Below are positions 63,151 through 64,000 of a stretch of DNA of 64,000 bases, one piece after another. This DNA is from Glaucostegus cemiculus (Eukaryota). Position 1 is the first letter of the stretch; each line of letters opens with the position of its first letter. Location: NCBI GenBank assembly GCA_976551045.1, contig CDPCPM010000013.1, positions 14,136,001 to 14,200,000 on the forward strand. The letters are read 5' to 3'. Both the position numbers and the translations under genes were made by a program. The notes under the pieces are model-generated. The model saw only the letters and a program-made list of their open reading frames with translations. It ran no database searches and was not told where the DNA came from.

Positions 63151-64000
63151 CAGTGGATTGTCATTTAACCAGCGGCTGGTATACCAGGTTGAGATTTAAC
63201 TACATGAGGTTTCAAAGGCCAATACTGTCAGTTTAAAGAGCATTTAACCAGAGAGTTTACAGAGAATACAGTAAGAGTACAATAAACATGCATTATCTAC
63301 ACTTAAGGCACTGAAAAGTTCTGTACTCTAAACATGTCTCCAAACCTTGTATATTGTGTTGATCATTGAAGAGAAGTACTTGAGAAAGTATCACTGTAAA
63401 ACTCTCAACGGAAAATGAAATTGATGAGTGGAGGGGTTTATGATTTCAAGAACAAAGTGGTGCTGGTTTCTCACATGATTTGCTCTTCTTCCAGTGGTGT
63501 GTCTGATAGAAAGTCAATGAAGATAGCAACGTATGAGGATTTGGACAAAGCTGTGCTGGGATGTTTCAGAGGTGTTGGCTCATCACTGCACACAACAGCA
63601 GGAATGGAAGCAGTAGTAGAATTTGGAAGCAGGAGTAGGCCATTCAGCCTGTTGTGCCTTTTCCACTATTCAATAACATCATGGGTGATTTTTAGCTGAG
63701 CATCATTTCCAGCACTAACACCATATCCCTTGATTTTCTTTTTAAGTATAAAAATCTATTGATCTCTGTCTGCACTTGTACTAAATAGCTCAAGGTTTTT
63801 TTTGAGTGAGATTTTGGTGTTTCATCTGGATGGCTAACTCTCCATTCAGAAGGAGAGGTTAAATGTAAACAAATCAGCTGTTTATAATTTCTGAGCAAAA
63901 TTCATAGTGTTCAATGAGGAGTTGCAACTAGAAAAGAATTACAATACAGGTGAAACCGGACTTCATTGGTAGTCTTTAGCAACAACTTCAACAGCAAGCA
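63151..64000 (+). mobile_element. Tigger/pogo DNA transposon fossil (TIGD2/Jerky-like transposase pseudo-ORF), runs off the window end
   Basis: VLIIEEK (~63356); SGVSDRKSMKIATYEDLDKAVL..F (CENP-B-type HTH); DFGVSSGWLT (63810-63839); YNTGETGLHW (63940-63969, decayed YNADETGL.W); TA + CAGTGG TIR-like start at 63149-63156; stops and frameshifts present. Confidence 0.8.
63600..63795 (-). mobile_element. CR1 3' tail inserted in the Tigger fossil
   Basis: ggaagcaggagtaggccattcagcc...ccatatcccttgatt...aaaaatctattgatctctgtc. Confidence 0.75.

Noticed and set aside
1-64000. ORF-track entries as real genes; prokaryotic systems (operons, CRISPR arrays)
   Set aside because: The DNA is vertebrate and repeat-rich. 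ORFs are short, many start at non-ATG codons, and the recognisable ones are transposon fossils. No regularly spaced repeat-spacer array was seen.

Overview
Vertebrate nuclear DNA, almost certainly from a cartilaginous fish. HE1/V-SINEs, SacSINE1-type DeuSINEs, HER1/CR1 LINEs and shark-type Penelope tails point to an elasmobranch, possibly a ray or sawfish (inference). The window is AT-rich and CpG-depleted. It has no recognisable protein-coding exon, and all ORFs in the track are chance ORFs or decayed transposon sequence. It reads as a long intron or intergenic stretch, tentatively of a + strand gene, because of the visible T-richness and several strong + strand splice signals. It is dominated by decayed mobile elements: CR1, L2, RTE, Rex1/Babar, Penelope-like elements, two Gypsy-type solo LTRs with target-site duplications (TSDs), a Tigger/pogo transposase fossil and SINEs. 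The most notable observations are: (1) dispersed Penelope tails carrying a minimal hammerhead-ribozyme fold with stem II covariation, some in fold-back mini-elements; (2) two or three + strand recursive-splice-site-like motifs (branch point, polypyrimidine tract, YAG|GTRRG); (3) a locally templated complex insertion at 39.3-39.5 kb. Repeat families were assigned by eye from remembered consensus motifs. Most repeat boundaries are approximate (tens of bp).
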